Shown: positions 1 through 10,504 of the stretch, one piece after another
Position numbering within the stretch: position 1 is the stretch's first letter
Layout of the letters: each line of letters begins with the position of its first letter
Source: Candidatus Yanofskybacteria bacterium RIFCSPHIGHO2_01_FULL_44_24
GTDB lineage: Bacteria; Patescibacteriota; Minisyncoccia; 2-02-FULL-40-12; GWA2-44-9
NCBI GenBank assembly: GCA_001794215.1
Contig: MGJK01000020.1
Coordinates: 1,016 to 65,015, forward strand
DNA: 64,000 nucleotides
Direction: 5' to 3'
Notes under the pieces: model-generated
What the model was told of the DNA's origin: nothing
The model's database searches: none
What the model saw: the letters and a program-made list of their open reading frames with translations, nothing else
Position numbers and translations under genes: made by a program

Positions 1-1161
1 CCGAGCAATAGATGACCCTATCGAATTGACCACCCCCAGAGTCAGGAGCCCCTTTCTTTTGATCTCCTTAAGCGCGCCGAGAGTATCGGCCGTCTCGCCA
101 GACTGGCTGACTGCCAATAAAGCGGTTTTTAAATCAAGGTTATGCTTTTTATACCTCAACTCCGAGGCATACTCTGTTTCCACGGGAATACCCGAATACT
201 CTTCGAGCATATATTCTCCGACTAAAGCAGCTAAATAGGCCGTTCCGCAAGCCGTCAAAATCAGCCGATTTATTTTTCTCAAATCATTCTGAACCAATTC
301 TAATCCCCCAAGCTTAGCCAGTCCGTCTTTCAAAACCAGACGCCCCCGAATCGCATTCGATACGGCTTCAGGCTCTTCAAAAATTTCCTTGAGCATAAAA
401 TGAGGAAAGTTGTTCTTGCGAACCATATCCTCGGACCACTCTATCCTTTCTTCGTTTCTCAAAACCGCCTTCCGATCAAGGGTAGCAATTCTAAAATCAT
501 TATGAGTCAGGATAGCGAACTCGCCGTCCTGCAGATACACAACCTTGCGCGTATATGGCAAAACGGCCGAGGCATCGGAAGCGACGTATTTTTCATTGTC
601 GGTGAAACCGACAAGAAGCGGACTGGAATTTCGAGCTACTATTATTTTGCCGGGATGATCAGCATGGATAAAGACAAAAGCATATGTTCCGACTATAGAC
701 TTGAGAGCAAGTCTTACCGCCTCTTCAAAGCTCACTCCCTCGTTTTTAGCAAAATCCTCAACCAGGTGGGCCACAACTTCCGTATCGGTATCGGACTGAA
801 ACTTATGCCCCCGCTTCAAGAGCCGGTCCTTTAATTCTCTGAAATTTTCGATTATACCGTTGTGGACCAAATAAATCTTCTTGCTACAGTCAAAATGAGG
901 GTGGGCATTCCTGTCTGTCGGCGCTCCATGGGTGGCCCAACGAGTATGGCCGATAGCGGCTTGGCTGTCCCATGTGTTATTCAGGATCTTTTCGACTTCA
1001 TGGATACGGCCCGACTTTTTCTTGCACAAAATTCTGCCGGAAACCACGGCTGCTATTCCGGACGAATCGTAGCCGCGGTACTCAAGACGCTTTAAGCCGT
1101 CCAGTATGACTGGTATTGCCCTTGTCTTATTCTTAGATACATACCCGAATATTCCGCACAT
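1..1161 (-). CDS. glmS: Glutamine-fructose-6-phosphate transaminase (5' part; runs off window edge)
   Basis: Not in the ORF track. The minus strand from ATG at 1161 reads MCGIFGYV...LEYRGYDSSG...IGHTRWATHG...HNGIIEN...PHFMLKEIFEEPEAV...LTACGTAY, the GATase-2 and SIS motifs of GlmS. Confidence 0.95.
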   Translation of the reverse strand, partial: MCGIFGYVSKNKTRAIPVILDGLKRLEYRGYDSSGIAAVVSGRILCKKKSGRIHEVEKILNNTWDSQAAIGHTRWATHGAPTDRNAHPHFDCSKKIYLVHNGIIENFRELKDRLLKRGHKFQSDTDTEVVAHLVEDFAKNEGVSFEEAVRLALKSIVGTYAFVFIHADHPGKIIVARNSSPLLVGFTDNEKYVASDASAVLPYTRKVVYLQDGEFAILTHNDFRIATLDRKAVLRNEERIEWSEDMVRKNNFPHFMLKEIFEEPEAVSNAIRGRLVLKDGLAKLGGLELVQNDLRKINRLILTACGTAYLAALVGEYMLEEYSGIPVETEYASELRYKKHNLDLKTALLAVSQSGETADTLGALKEIKRKGLLTLGVVNSIGSSIAR

Positions 1162-1219
1162 GACGATTTTATCTGCGAGGAGTTGTGCTCTGCACAGACG
1201 AGCAGTTATAAAACTCGTC

Positions 1220-1331
1220 ACCCCGCACTATCTGGGCTCAAAGTGCATGCTACCACACCATCAGAGCCGTAAGGCGGCTTCGCCTTATACTCTTCTGAAA
1301 TAAATGGCCTTGATTCCAGATAGTGCGGGGT
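1220..1331. repeat. Palindromic element with 16-bp terminal inverted repeat ACCCCGCACTATCTGG in the glmS upstream region
   Basis: 1220-1235 is the exact reverse complement of 1316-1331; related termini occur at 17823-17883. Confidence 0.8.
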
Positions 1332-1439
1332 TAAGTAACTGTTCCTGTGCTCGCTACGCTGCGCGCAGACATTTACATTCATTATATCAATAAAAGCGCT
1401 GTTAGGCGCTTTTATATCTTAGTTACCATTAGCTGACTA

Positions 1440-1760
1440 CTATACTGACGGAGCCGGAGCTGATTCTGTCTTTGGCGAATCTGTTTGAGCTTTTCTTTTG
1501 GGCTTCCAGCTCTGCATCTTGGGCTTATTCCATACCTTGTAGTTCACCATCAAATTATTGACTGTCGGGGATACTTGAGCGCCTTTTGAAATCCAATATT
1601 CAATCCGGTCTTTTTTAGCCTGAAATTGCTTCTGATGAGGATTATACGTACCCAAAAGCTCAAGGAATTCTCCCTTGGGTCTTGAGGTGTGCTCGGTAAC
1701 TATGATCCTAAAATGAGCCTGGCCTCTCTTTCCTATCCTTTGCAGTCTTACCATTAACAT
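1440..1760 (-). CDS. rpsP: 30S ribosomal protein S16
   Basis: MLMVRLQRIGKRGQAHFRIIV...ELLGTYNP...YWISKGAQVSPTV. Confidence 0.97.
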   Translation of the reverse strand: MLMVRLQRIGKRGQAHFRIIVTEHTSRPKGEFLELLGTYNPHQKQFQAKKDRIEYWISKGAQVSPTVNNLMVNYKVWNKPKMQSWKPKRKAQTDSPKTESAPAPSV

Positions 1761-1799
1761 GGGGTATATAATAACAAAAATTCTATACTATGCAACATG

Positions 1800-2165
1800 C
1801 TACACGCGGCTGACAATTTCCTTCATTTTTCGGACTTTTTCTTCTTCCAATCCTTGACTCATGAAATCGACATAGTTAGAAACAATTTTTTTGAAAACAA
1901 TACGGCTTCGGTCATACAAATCGTTCTCCGAGAATAATTCTGCGATCTTGTTTTTAATCTCGGCCACCTTGGGATTGGTCGGATCGGTTGATTTAATGTT
2001 TTCTGCAAGCCATTTCTGCTCATCTTCAGGAAGTTCTCCTTGAAGAGACTTAATAAGCTCTGCGGCAAGATATTTTTTGAAAATATCAAAAGCCCTATCC
2101 TTCTCGGGGGACGAAAGGCCCAAAACATTAAATAACTCAATTAAAACCGGCCTAAAGTTTTCCAT
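1800..2165 (-). CDS. Hypothetical helical protein
   Basis: 121-aa ORF co-oriented with its neighbours; no recognised motif. Confidence 0.65.
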   Translation of the reverse strand: MENFRPVLIELFNVLGLSSPEKDRAFDIFKKYLAAELIKSLQGELPEDEQKWLAENIKSTDPTNPKVAEIKNKIAELFSENDLYDRSRIVFKKIVSNYVDFMSQGLEEEKVRKMKEIVSRV

Positions 2166-2178
2166 GACATCAAATAAC

Positions 2179-2313
2179 TTATTTCTGCTCTAATAGCTTA
2201 TCGATAAAATCCCCTATCAAAAATATAGGTAATATTGGTAGCCATAACAAAAGCTCTGACTCCCAGGCGGACTGCCTTCCTCTTGATTCCTTTGATGGTG
2301 ATTTCTCTGACAT
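2179..2313 (-). CDS. Small 44-aa putative membrane protein (MSEKSPSKESRGRQSAWESELLLWLPILPIFLIGDFIDKLLEQK)
   Basis: Read by hand; fills the rnc-to-hypothetical gap and has TATAAT just upstream of the ATG. Confidence 0.5.
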   Translation of the reverse strand: MSEKSPSKESRGRQSAWESELLLWLPILPIFLIGDFIDKLLEQK

Positions 2314-2344
2314 ATATCAATATTATATTGCTTTTATAAAATCC

Positions 2345-3037
2345 TTACCAGCCCTTTTTCTTTAGGGCATCCTCGGCGGCCATTTGCTGGGCTTCCTGCT
2401 TAGACGGCCCCCTGCCGGTTCCGATCAGATCCTTCTCAAGGAATACACCGACTTTAAAATTACGGGCATGATCGGGGCCCCATTCCTCTAAAACTTCGTA
2501 TGTGGGAGTAATCCCTACTTTATCCTGAGCTTGTTCCTGAAAAAGACTCTTCGAGTCGCGATAGAGGCGCTTTTCTATGATTACCGGGAGTTCCTTTAAT
2601 ATAAATTTATCTATAAATTTGGCCGCCGCCTCATAACCCCGGTCAAGATATGCGGCTCCGATAATCGCCTCGACGGCGTTGGCAAGGATATACTGTCGTG
2701 CCCGGCCGGTATCCCGGGCTTCGCCTCGGGATAAGAGCACAAAATCGTTGAGATCAAAATCGCTCGATATCTTCGATAACATATTGGCATTAACCAAGGC
2801 GGCGCGCCAATTGGTCATTTCCCCTTCCGGGTTAGGGTAGTTTTTATAAAGGTGGTCGGTCACGACTAACTCTAATACCGCATCGCCTAAAAACTCCAAG
2901 CGTTCGTTGTGATCAAGGTGCCAATTATGATTTTCGTTCAAGTAAGAACGGTGAGTAAGGGCCTGGAGCAAGAGGTTCTTGTCTATGAATTTAAGACCCG
3001 TTTTCTGTTCAAGCTGAGAAATTTTATCTTCGAACAT
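2345..3037 (-). CDS. rnc: Ribonuclease III
   Basis: QALTHRSY, NERLEFLGDAVL signature, C-terminal dsRBD. Confidence 0.97.
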   Translation of the reverse strand: MFEDKISQLEQKTGLKFIDKNLLLQALTHRSYLNENHNWHLDHNERLEFLGDAVLELVVTDHLYKNYPNPEGEMTNWRAALVNANMLSKISSDFDLNDFVLLSRGEARDTGRARQYILANAVEAIIGAAYLDRGYEAAAKFIDKFILKELPVIIEKRLYRDSKSLFQEQAQDKVGITPTYEVLEEWGPDHARNFKVGVFLEKDLIGTGRGPSKQEAQQMAAEDALKKKGW

Positions 3038-3039
3038 TT

Positions 3040-3147
3040 CTTCAATTTACAATTTACAATTTACAATTTACAATTAATTTTCAATAACTCAGTAATTGAG
3101 AAATTGAATTATTTAATGAAAATTGAAAACTGAAAACTGAAAATTAG
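3040..3147. repeat. Heptamer tandem-repeat tract (CAATTTA)n ... (AAACTGA/AAATTGA)n in roughly inverted arrangement
   Basis: 7-nt periodicity directly visible. Confidence 0.9.
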
Positions 3148-3651
3148 TTATTCTTTGCTTTCTTTATCTTTATCCTTTGGTTCTTCATTCCCTTCTTTAT
3201 CTTTTGCCGGGGGCGCATCATCTTTTCCGGGTTCTCCGATTTCTCGATAAACCGTACCTAAAACTCCGTTAACAAATTTCCCGGAAGACTCGCCGCCGAA
3301 AGACTTGGCTAATTCAATCGACTCGTTAATGGCGACCTTCGGAGGCACCTCTTCCCTGTTTCCGAAAAGCAATTCATAAAGCCCGACCCGCAAGACATTC
3401 CTATCCACCACCGCAATCTGTTCAAGGGGCCACTGAGGAGCGGCTTTTTCAATAATTAGATCGAGTTCTTTAATATGGCCCATTACGCCGTCAATGAGCT
3501 GGTGAACAAAGGTGCTGTCTTCAAGGCCGGCCGCAAATTCCTCCAAGTTTCTTTTGACTATCTCTGCCAACTCGTCATTTTTCCTGCCTCGAAAATCCCA
3601 CTCATAGAGTGATTGCATAGCTACGCTTCTTGAAAGGTGCCGTGATGCCAA
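3148..3651 (-). CDS. nusB: Transcription antitermination factor NusB
   Basis: [16 protein letters not shown]...VDRNVLR...[14 protein letters not shown]...FVNGVLG. Confidence 0.96.
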   Translation of the reverse strand: MASRHLSRSVAMQSLYEWDFRGRKNDELAEIVKRNLEEFAAGLEDSTFVHQLIDGVMGHIKELDLIIEKAAPQWPLEQIAVVDRNVLRVGLYELLFGNREEVPPKVAINESIELAKSFGGESSGKFVNGVLGTVYREIGEPGKDDAPPAKDKEGNEEPKDKDKESKE

Positions 3652-3756
3652 AATTCAATTTACAATTTACATTTTACAATTTACAATCGATGTCTCAATG
3701 ATCTAATTCTCAAAAATTGAAAATTCGATGAAAATTGGTACTTGAAAATTGAAAAT
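3652..3756. repeat. Heptamer tandem-repeat tract (CAATTTA / TGAAAAT type)
   Basis: 7-nt periodicity; similar to 3040-3147. Confidence 0.85.
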
Positions 3757-3977
3757 TATTTCTGCCTGTGCTTCTGCTTCTCCTTCTTTTTCAGTTCCTT
3801 AGCCAAAACATTAATGATCTCTTTCCCCTTATAGTGGCCGCAATTTTTGCACACCAAATGAGGTAAAATCATTTTTTTACAGTGAGAACAGGCTGTCAAT
3901 TGTTTGGGCTTAAGGGCAAGGTGGCTTCGTCTTCGAAGCTGCTTGCCCTTGGCCATGTGGTGTCTTGGAACTGCCAT
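3756..3977 (-). CDS. rpmF: 50S ribosomal protein L32
   Basis: MAVPRHH...RRSH...CSHC...PHLVCKNCGHYKG. Confidence 0.96.
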   Translation of the reverse strand: MAVPRHHMAKGKQLRRRSHLALKPKQLTACSHCKKMILPHLVCKNCGHYKGKEIINVLAKELKKKEKQKHRQK

Positions 3978-4107
3978 AAGAAGTGGCCCAAAGCTTAAGG
4001 CCCCAGATCTAAAGATTTAAACGTTAAGCTTTAAGTGCAATACTAACACGAAATAATAATTTTTGCAATTGCCTAATCGGCCGATCAAAAAGACCCGAAA
4101 AGGGTCT

Positions 4108-4719
4108 TTAGTCCGGTACGGCATTGATATGGGCAATCCGATCGTCGTATTCGGCATTATGATTGACCAGCCGAATAGCCAAAAAAAACAAATAGGGGTG
4201 CTTTCTCAAGAAATTCGTCTTCCGATCGCTTTCTTTTTTTAACTTTTTAACCACAGAGAGAATCCCCGATTTCCCGGCTATTTCCGCGGCACGAACATCA
4301 ACCATCCAATGAGGCCGAAAGTCATCGCCAAATCTCTCCGCCTCTTCCGCATGAGCAAATTCATGAGCCAATAAGCCCGCTAACTCATCAGGGGTAAACT
4401 CAATCAACGCTTTCTCGGTTATGTAAATGCATTTATAAACCCAGAAGTAATAAGCGTTGAGATAATCTGCTTTGAAAACAATGACATAGCACGGATCATG
4501 GATAGACAGCGAGACTTTAAATCTTTTTCTTGCCTCATTAATCTGCTCATAGTATCGGACGACCTGGTCATTATACAACGAAGCGGCCGGGAAATCGGTT
4601 TTATGCTCTTCTGTCTCAAGAAATCCAAGAGCATAAATATTTATAAGAAGAAAACAGCCAAGCAGACCCGCAAAAAAACGAAAAATCATCCGCCCAAGCC
4701 AGTTTTTATCAAAGAACAT
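4108..4719 (-). CDS. M48/M56-like zinc metallopeptidase with N-terminal TM segment
   Basis: IYITEKAL...DELAGLLAHEFAH (HExxH) and C-terminal RIAHI. Confidence 0.7.
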   Translation of the reverse strand: MFFDKNWLGRMIFRFFAGLLGCFLLINIYALGFLETEEHKTDFPAASLYNDQVVRYYEQINEARKRFKVSLSIHDPCYVIVFKADYLNAYYFWVYKCIYITEKALIEFTPDELAGLLAHEFAHAEEAERFGDDFRPHWMVDVRAAEIAGKSGILSVVKKLKKESDRKTNFLRKHPYLFFLAIRLVNHNAEYDDRIAHINAVPD

Positions 4720-4842
4720 GCCCTACCTCTGCCTCTAAGCGGACCCGGAAAGCTTAAAACAACAGCAAGATTTGTCTATTTTACTTGTCCACACCTTTTT
4801 CTCATTGCCGGCCTCGCCACTAATGCTAAAATAGAGTTATAG

Positions 4843-4912
4843 ATCCTAAGTTCTAAATCCGAAATCCTAAACAATCTATGTTTAGAAATTAGAAATTAGA
4901 AATTAGAAATTA
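4843..4912. repeat. Heptamer tract (TAGAAAT)n upstream of dnaE
   Basis: tagaaat x4, preceded by ctaaatc-type units. Confidence 0.85.
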
Positions 4913-4914
4913 TT

Positions 4915-7900
4915 TTGAGATTTACTCACCTCCACACCCATTCCCACTATTCACTCTTGGACGGACTCTCGAAAATAGATGAATTAGTGGCTAAAGCCAA
5001 AGAACTGGGAATGGAAGCGCTCGCTCTCACCGATCATGGCGTCATGTATGGCGCCATTGAGTTTTATAAGAAAGCCTCCGCGGCCGGGATCAAACCGATC
5101 ATAGGCTGTGAAATGTATATTTCCGAAAACGGAATGCACGAAAAAAGAACGGGCATAGATGATAAGAGATATCACCTAGTGATATTGGCGGAAAATAATA
5201 CCGGATACAGAAATTTAATCAAACTCGTAACCGCCGCCCACCTTGAGGGCTTCTACTATAAGCCGCGCATTGATAAAGAACTACTGCGCAGCCACTCTGA
5301 GGGCCTCATCGGTCTTTCCGCCTGCCTCGGAGGAGAAATTTCCAGAGCGGTTCTCGCAAAAAACAACGAGAAGGCCAAAAGAGTTGCATTAGAATATCAG
5401 GAGATTTTCGGAAAGGGAAACTTTTATCTTGAGGTTCAACAGCATCACCATATCGAAGAGCAGAATTTTGTCACACCCGAATTAATTAAGATATCAAAGG
5501 AAACCGGAATTCCTTTAGTCGCCACCCAAGACTCGCACTACACCCATACTGAAGACGCTCATGCCCACGATGTTCTGCTTGCGGTTCAAACCGGGAATAA
5601 ATTAGATGACAGCGACCGACTGACAATGAGAGATGATGACTTTTCATTGCTTAACGGAGAAATGATGCACGAAAAATTCAAGAATCTCGATCAGGAGTCA
5701 ATCAGTGAGGCATTTGAAAATACCAACAAGATCGCCGAACGATGCAACGTAAAAATAGACCTTGGCAAAACCCAGCTTCCTAACTTCGAATTGCCTAAAG
5801 GCTATCAATCAAGCGATGAGTATCTTCGAGAATTAAGCTCTGCCGGACTAAAGACGCGGTATGGAGATCAGATTGCCCCAGAAATACTGGACCGGCTGAA
5901 CTACGAGCTGAAAGTCATCAAACAAACGGGATTTGCTTCATATTTCTTAATCGTTCAGGACTTTGTAAACTGGGCGAAGAAAGGGGGTATCGTTGTCGGC
6001 CCGGGACGAGGATCAGCTGCCGGAAGCTTGGTTTCTTACCTACTCAATATAACCAATGTCGACCCGCTGAAATACGGACTGCTGTTTGAAAGGTTTCTAA
6101 ACCCTGAAAGGATTTCAATGCCCGACATAGACCTCGACTTTGATGACGCCAGAAGAAACGAGGTCCTGGAATATGTCGCCGAAAAGTACGGACACGATCA
6201 TTTCGCCCAGATCATAACTTTCGGTACTATGGCTGCCCGCGGCGGAATAAGGGACGCTGGAAGAGCTCTGGGATATTCCTACGATTTCTGCGATCAGATC
6301 GCTAAGATGATCCCCTTCAATCCTAACCAGGGAGAAAAGACCGGCCATCTTAAAAGATGCCTTGAGACCGTTGACGACCTAAGAAACATCTATAACACCA
6401 ACCTTGACGCCAAAAACCTGATAGATTCGGCCATGAAGCTTGAAGGAGTAGCCCGCCATGCCTCCACTCATGCCTGTGCTGTTATCATCACTCCTCAACC
6501 CCTGACCAACTACTTACCCCTTCAGCGCGGCACAAACGAGAGTGACATCATCACCCAATACGAAATGCACGCCGTTGAAGATTTGGGACTTTTAAAAATG
6601 GACTTCCTTGGATTGGCAAACCTGACTATTATCGAAAATACCCTGAAAGAAATAAAAAGAAACCACGGATTAGACCTGAATATCGATTCCATACCCCTTG
6701 ATGACAAAAAAACATATCAGCTTCTCCAAAAAGCCCAAACAACCGGAGTATTCCAATTAGAAAGCTCGGGAATGAAAAAATACCTGAAAGATTTAAAACC
6801 CAGCCAGTTTGAAGATATCGCTCTGATGATCGCTTTATACCGTCCCGGGCCGATGGATCTTATCCCCGAATTCATAGCCCGCAAGCATGGTCAGAGCAAA
6901 GTTACATATCTTCATCCAAGCCTTGAGCCCGTGCTAAACAGCACTTACGGCATTATGGTTTATCAAGAACAGCTTATGGCCGCCGCTCAGGCCTTAGCCG
7001 GCCTTTCACTGGCCCAAGCAGATATCCTTCGAAAGGCGGTAGGTAAAAAAATAAAAACCTTAGTCCAGGAGCAAAAAGACAAGGTTATAAACGGCTGTCT
7101 GAAAAATAACGTAAGGAAAGAGGTAGCTGAGAAATTTTGGCAGCTAATAGAGCCGTTCGATCGATACGGATTCAATAAAAGCCATGCCATCAGCTACGCC
7201 GCCATAGCTTATCAAACCGCCTATCTTAAAGCGCATTACCCCGTGGAATTCATGGCTGCGTTCATGAACAGTGAAACCGGAGACGTAGAGCGGGTGGCCT
7301 TCCTCATTGAGGAATGCAAAGAAATGGGCATCGAAGTCCTTCCCCCGTCTATCAACCACAGTTATGAAAAATTCGCGGTAGTTCCTTCAAACAGTTCCGG
7401 ACAGATGAAGCCGTCAATCAGATTCGGGCTGACGGCCGTTAAAAACGTAGGTGAGAATGTCGTTTCCGCAATTATTCAGGAAAGGGGAGAAAACGGTCCG
7501 TTCAAAGTAATCGATGATTTTATTTCAAGGATAAATAACAAAGACTTGAATAAGAAATCCCTTGAGAGTTTGATCAGATGCGGAGCCCTCGACATATTTG
7601 GAGAGCGCAATACGCTCCTGGCCAACATAGAACAATTGTTATACTACTCCAGGGAAAAACAGAAAAAATCTTCGATGGGCCAAGCCAGCCTCTTTGGAGA
7701 AGTGACGGATACGGAATTACCGCCCCTTCGTCTTGCCATAGCCGAACCGGCTCATAAATGGGAAAAATTATTGTGGGAGAAAGAGTTGTTGGGATTGTTT
7801 GTTTCCGATCACCCTCTCAACAGCTACCAAACTCAGCTTAGACTGGAAAAGGTTACGCCCATAAAGAGTATTTCAATCAATACTCCGGGGCCGATAAAAA

Positions 7901-8142
7901 TCGGGGGGGTTGTTACCAAAACTCAAAAAATAGTTACAAAAACCGGCAAACCGATGATATTCTCCTGGCTCGAAGACTTAACTTCAAAAATAGAGGTCGT
8001 GGTCTTTCCTAATGTTCTTGAGAAATACCCGGATGCCTGGAAAGAAAACACCGTAGTTATAGCTCAAGGAAAGGTTAACGACCGCGACGGCGTATTAAAG
8101 CTGTTATGCGATAAAGTAACTCCTCTTACGGTAAGGGCGTAG
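4915..8142 (+). CDS. dnaE: DNA polymerase III alpha subunit
   Basis: PHP domain HLHTHSHYSLLDG, GPGRGSAAGS, PDIDLDF, YGFNKSHA, C-terminal OB fold. Confidence 0.98.
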   Translation: MRFTHLHTHSHYSLLDGLSKIDELVAKAKELGMEALALTDHGVMYGAIEFYKKASAAGIKPIIGCEMYISENGMHEKRTGIDDKRYHLVILAENNTGYRNLIKLVTAAHLEGFYYKPRIDKELLRSHSEGLIGLSACLGGEISRAVLAKNNEKAKRVALEYQEIFGKGNFYLEVQQHHHIEEQNFVTPELIKISKETGIPLVATQDSHYTHTEDAHAHDVLLAVQTGNKLDDSDRLTMRDDDFSLLNGEMMHEKFKNLDQESISEAFENTNKIAERCNVKIDLGKTQLPNFELPKGYQSSDEYLRELSSAGLKTRYGDQIAPEILDRLNYELKVIKQTGFASYFLIVQDFVNWAKKGGIVVGPGRGSAAGSLVSYLLNITNVDPLKYGLLFERFLNPERISMPDIDLDFDDARRNEVLEYVAEKYGHDHFAQIITFGTMAARGGIRDAGRALGYSYDFCDQIAKMIPFNPNQGEKTGHLKRCLETVDDLRNIYNTNLDAKNLIDSAMKLEGVARHASTHACAVIITPQPLTNYLPLQRGTNESDIITQYEMHAVEDLGLLKMDFLGLANLTIIENTLKEIKRNHGLDLNIDSIPLDDKKTYQLLQKAQTTGVFQLESSGMKKYLKDLKPSQFEDIALMIALYRPGPMDLIPEFIARKHGQSKVTYLHPSLEPVLNSTYGIMVYQEQLMAAAQALAGLSLAQADILRKAVGKKIKTLVQEQKDKVINGCLKNNVRKEVAEKFWQLIEPFDRYGFNKSHAISYAAIAYQTAYLKAHYPVEFMAAFMNSETGDVERVAFLIEECKEMGIEVLPPSINHSYEKFAVVPSNSSGQMKPSIRFGLTAVKNVGENVVSAIIQERGENGPFKVIDDFISRINNKDLNKKSLESLIRCGALDIFGERNTLLANIEQLLYYSREKQKKSSMGQASLFGEVTDTELPPLRLAIAEPAHKWEKLLWEKELLGLFVSDHPLNSYQTQLRLEKVTPIKSISINTPGPIKIGGVVTKTQKIVTKTGKPMIFSWLEDLTSKIEVVVFPNVLEKYPDAWKENTVVIAQGKVNDRDGVLKLLCDKVTPLTVRA

Positions 8143-8257
8143 GGGGAAGATGGAATTAGGCATTAGGAAAATCAAAAACCACCCATAGGGTGGTTAAAAC
8201 TTTTTAGAAACATCGAGTTAAAATGAGCCATACGCTTGAAATTGGTACCTACCAGCC

Positions 8258-8623
8258 TTAGACAGACGCCAACGACTCCGATATTCTTCCGACAGCATAG
8301 ACATATAAATCAGCAAGCGCCTGCAAGCCATGGCTAAAGCTTCTTCGAGCTACCATGGTTACTACTATAAAAACCCAGGCTACGGAGGTTATCAGCAAAG
8401 ATAAGGCCACCCAAGAAAAAACTAACTTATTTAAAAATTGATTATAGATTGGACTTTTTGAAATATCGATTTTATTACGCCACGTTTTAATAAGTACGAT
8501 CGATACTCCCAAAAGATAGACCACTATTGCTTCCACCGGCCAATTGGACATATCCGGTTTTCCCCTCTTTTCAATGAACTGAAATAGCTTCAAGATAATA
8601 CCAAGAATAATCACCCCGGTCAA
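8258..8623 (-). CDS. Hypothetical membrane protein
   Basis: Hydrophobic 121-aa ORF; TTG start uncertain. Confidence 0.4.
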   Translation of the reverse strand: MTGVIILGIILKLFQFIEKRGKPDMSNWPVEAIVVYLLGVSIVLIKTWRNKIDISKSPIYNQFLNKLVFSWVALSLLITSVAWVFIVVTMVARRSFSHGLQALADLYVYAVGRISESLASV

Positions 8624-8753
8624 GTCTTTTGGGTTACTGGAATTTTTGTTATCCTGATGAGATAGTTATAAAGTTGATCGGGTTCATAAAGCTAAAAGGT
8701 AATTAACGAAACTAAAACTTTAAGAACTTTACAAACTTTATAAACCTTAAACT

Positions 8754-10493
8754 ATGCCGAGAAATTCTATTGACGCAGTCCGCCACTCTCTTGCCCATCT
8801 TTTGGGTGCGGCTGTTTTAGAATTGTATCCCGGTTCTAAATTAGCCATCGGCCCGTCAATCGATGATGGTTTTTACTATGACATAGATGTACGAGGTAAG
8901 ATTTCTGATACCGACCTGCCCCGAATAGAAACAGAGATGAGGAAAATCCTGAAAACCTGGGACAAATTCGAAGAAATAAAGGAAACGGCTCAGTCTGCTA
9001 AAAAACGCTATGTCGGCAACGCCTTCAAGCTCGAACTGATTGAAGAATTAGCACAGAAGAAAGAGAAAATAACCTCCTACCAATCCGGAAAATTTATAGA
9101 TCTTTGCCGGGGAGGCCACGTAGAAAAAGCCTCGGACATAAAGCCTGATTCATTTAAGCTTTCGCGTGTCGCCGGCGCCTATTGGCGGGGAGATGAAAAA
9201 AATCCTCAGCTCACCCGTATTTACGGTTATGCTTTCGGAACTAAAAAGGAACTTGATGACTATGTAAAAATACTCGAAGAAGCCAAAAAGAGAGATCATA
9301 AAAAACTCGGTCCCGAATTAGATCTGTTCACCTTCTCTGACTTAGTCGGTCCGGGGCTTCCCTTATGGACGCCAAAGGGCACTCTGCTGAGAAATATTCT
9401 TGATGACTTCGTATGGAGTCTTAGAAAACAACATGACTATCAGCAAGTCGACATTCCTCACATCACCAAGAAGGAGCTCTACGAAAAAAGCGGCCACTGG
9501 GATAAGTTTCAGGATGAACTATTCAAAATAACTACCCGCGAGGGACATCTTTTCGCCATGAAACCGATGAATTGCCCTCACCATACCCAGATATACGCCC
9601 GCAAGCCCCACAGCTATCGTGAACTGCCCCAACGCTACGCCAATACCACCAAAGACTACCGAGACGAACAAACCGGGGAATTGTCCGGCCTATCGAGAGT
9701 TAGAGCCTTTACCCAGGATGATGCTCACGTTTTCTGCCGAATGAATCAGGTCAAAGAAGAATTCCTGAAGGTTTGGGATATCGTCCATGAATTCTATAAA
9801 TCTTTCGGTTTTGAACTTAAGGTACGTCTTTCCCGCCACGATCCCGAGCATATGGAAAAGTATCTGGGCGAGGAGAAAAAATGGCAGTCGGCCGAAAAAA
9901 TACTTAATGAAATAATAAAAGAAAAGAAGGTTAGAGCAATTGATGGACTCGGCGAAGCGGCTTTTTACGGACCCAAGCTGGATTTTCTGGCAAAAGATTC
10001 GATCGGACGAGAATGGCAGGTGGCAACCATACAGCTGGATATGAACATGCCGGAAAGGTTTGACCTGTCCTGTATTAATGAAAAGGGAGAAAAAGAGAGA
10101 ATTGTAATGATCCATGCGGCTATAATGGGTTCGATAGAGAGATTCATCTCGATAGCGATCGAGCACTACGCCGGAGCTTTTCCGTTATGGCTCTCCCCCG
10201 TTCAGGTCGCGATACTGCCGATATCAGAAAACCAGAATAAGTGGTCAGAGTCCATCGCCGAAGAATTAAGATCAGAGGGTATACGGGTCGAAATTAATTT
10301 CGACAACGAGACTCTCGGCAAGAAGATCCGTCAAGCCGAATTGCAGAAAATCCCCTATCTCCTGATAATCGGCGAAAAAGAGGTCGGCGCAAAAACGGTA
10401 TCCGTTCGCCAGAGGAGTAACGGCGACCTCGGCCAGATGACGATTGATAAACTAAAGGACCGGTTAAAGAGCGAGGTGATCAGTAAAAAGTAA
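8754..10493 (+). CDS. thrS: Threonine-tRNA ligase (lacks N-terminal TGS domain)
   Basis: RHSLAH, DLCRGGH, KPMNCPHH, FTQDDAH, GEAAFYGPK, MIHAAIMGSIERF. Confidence 0.98.
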   Translation: MPRNSIDAVRHSLAHLLGAAVLELYPGSKLAIGPSIDDGFYYDIDVRGKISDTDLPRIETEMRKILKTWDKFEEIKETAQSAKKRYVGNAFKLELIEELAQKKEKITSYQSGKFIDLCRGGHVEKASDIKPDSFKLSRVAGAYWRGDEKNPQLTRIYGYAFGTKKELDDYVKILEEAKKRDHKKLGPELDLFTFSDLVGPGLPLWTPKGTLLRNILDDFVWSLRKQHDYQQVDIPHITKKELYEKSGHWDKFQDELFKITTREGHLFAMKPMNCPHHTQIYARKPHSYRELPQRYANTTKDYRDEQTGELSGLSRVRAFTQDDAHVFCRMNQVKEEFLKVWDIVHEFYKSFGFELKVRLSRHDPEHMEKYLGEEKKWQSAEKILNEIIKEKKVRAIDGLGEAAFYGPKLDFLAKDSIGREWQVATIQLDMNMPERFDLSCINEKGEKERIVMIHAAIMGSIERFISIAIEHYAGAFPLWLSPVQVAILPISENQNKWSESIAEELRSEGIRVEINFDNETLGKKIRQAELQKIPYLLIIGEKEVGAKTVSVRQRSNGDLGQMTIDKLKDRLKSEVISKK

Positions 10494-10504
10494 AAGAGAC
10501 CCGG

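Noticed and set aside
26-1303. Plus-strand ORFs at the window start and other short antisense ORFs over housekeeping genes
   Set aside because: They are shadows of well-supported genes on the opposite strand (glmS here).
1162-1380. glmS ribozyme upstream of glmS
   Set aside because: The region is structured and contains TGACGAG, but the AGCGCC cleavage-site motif and the UUAUCGA...UCGGCGG core are not recognisable.
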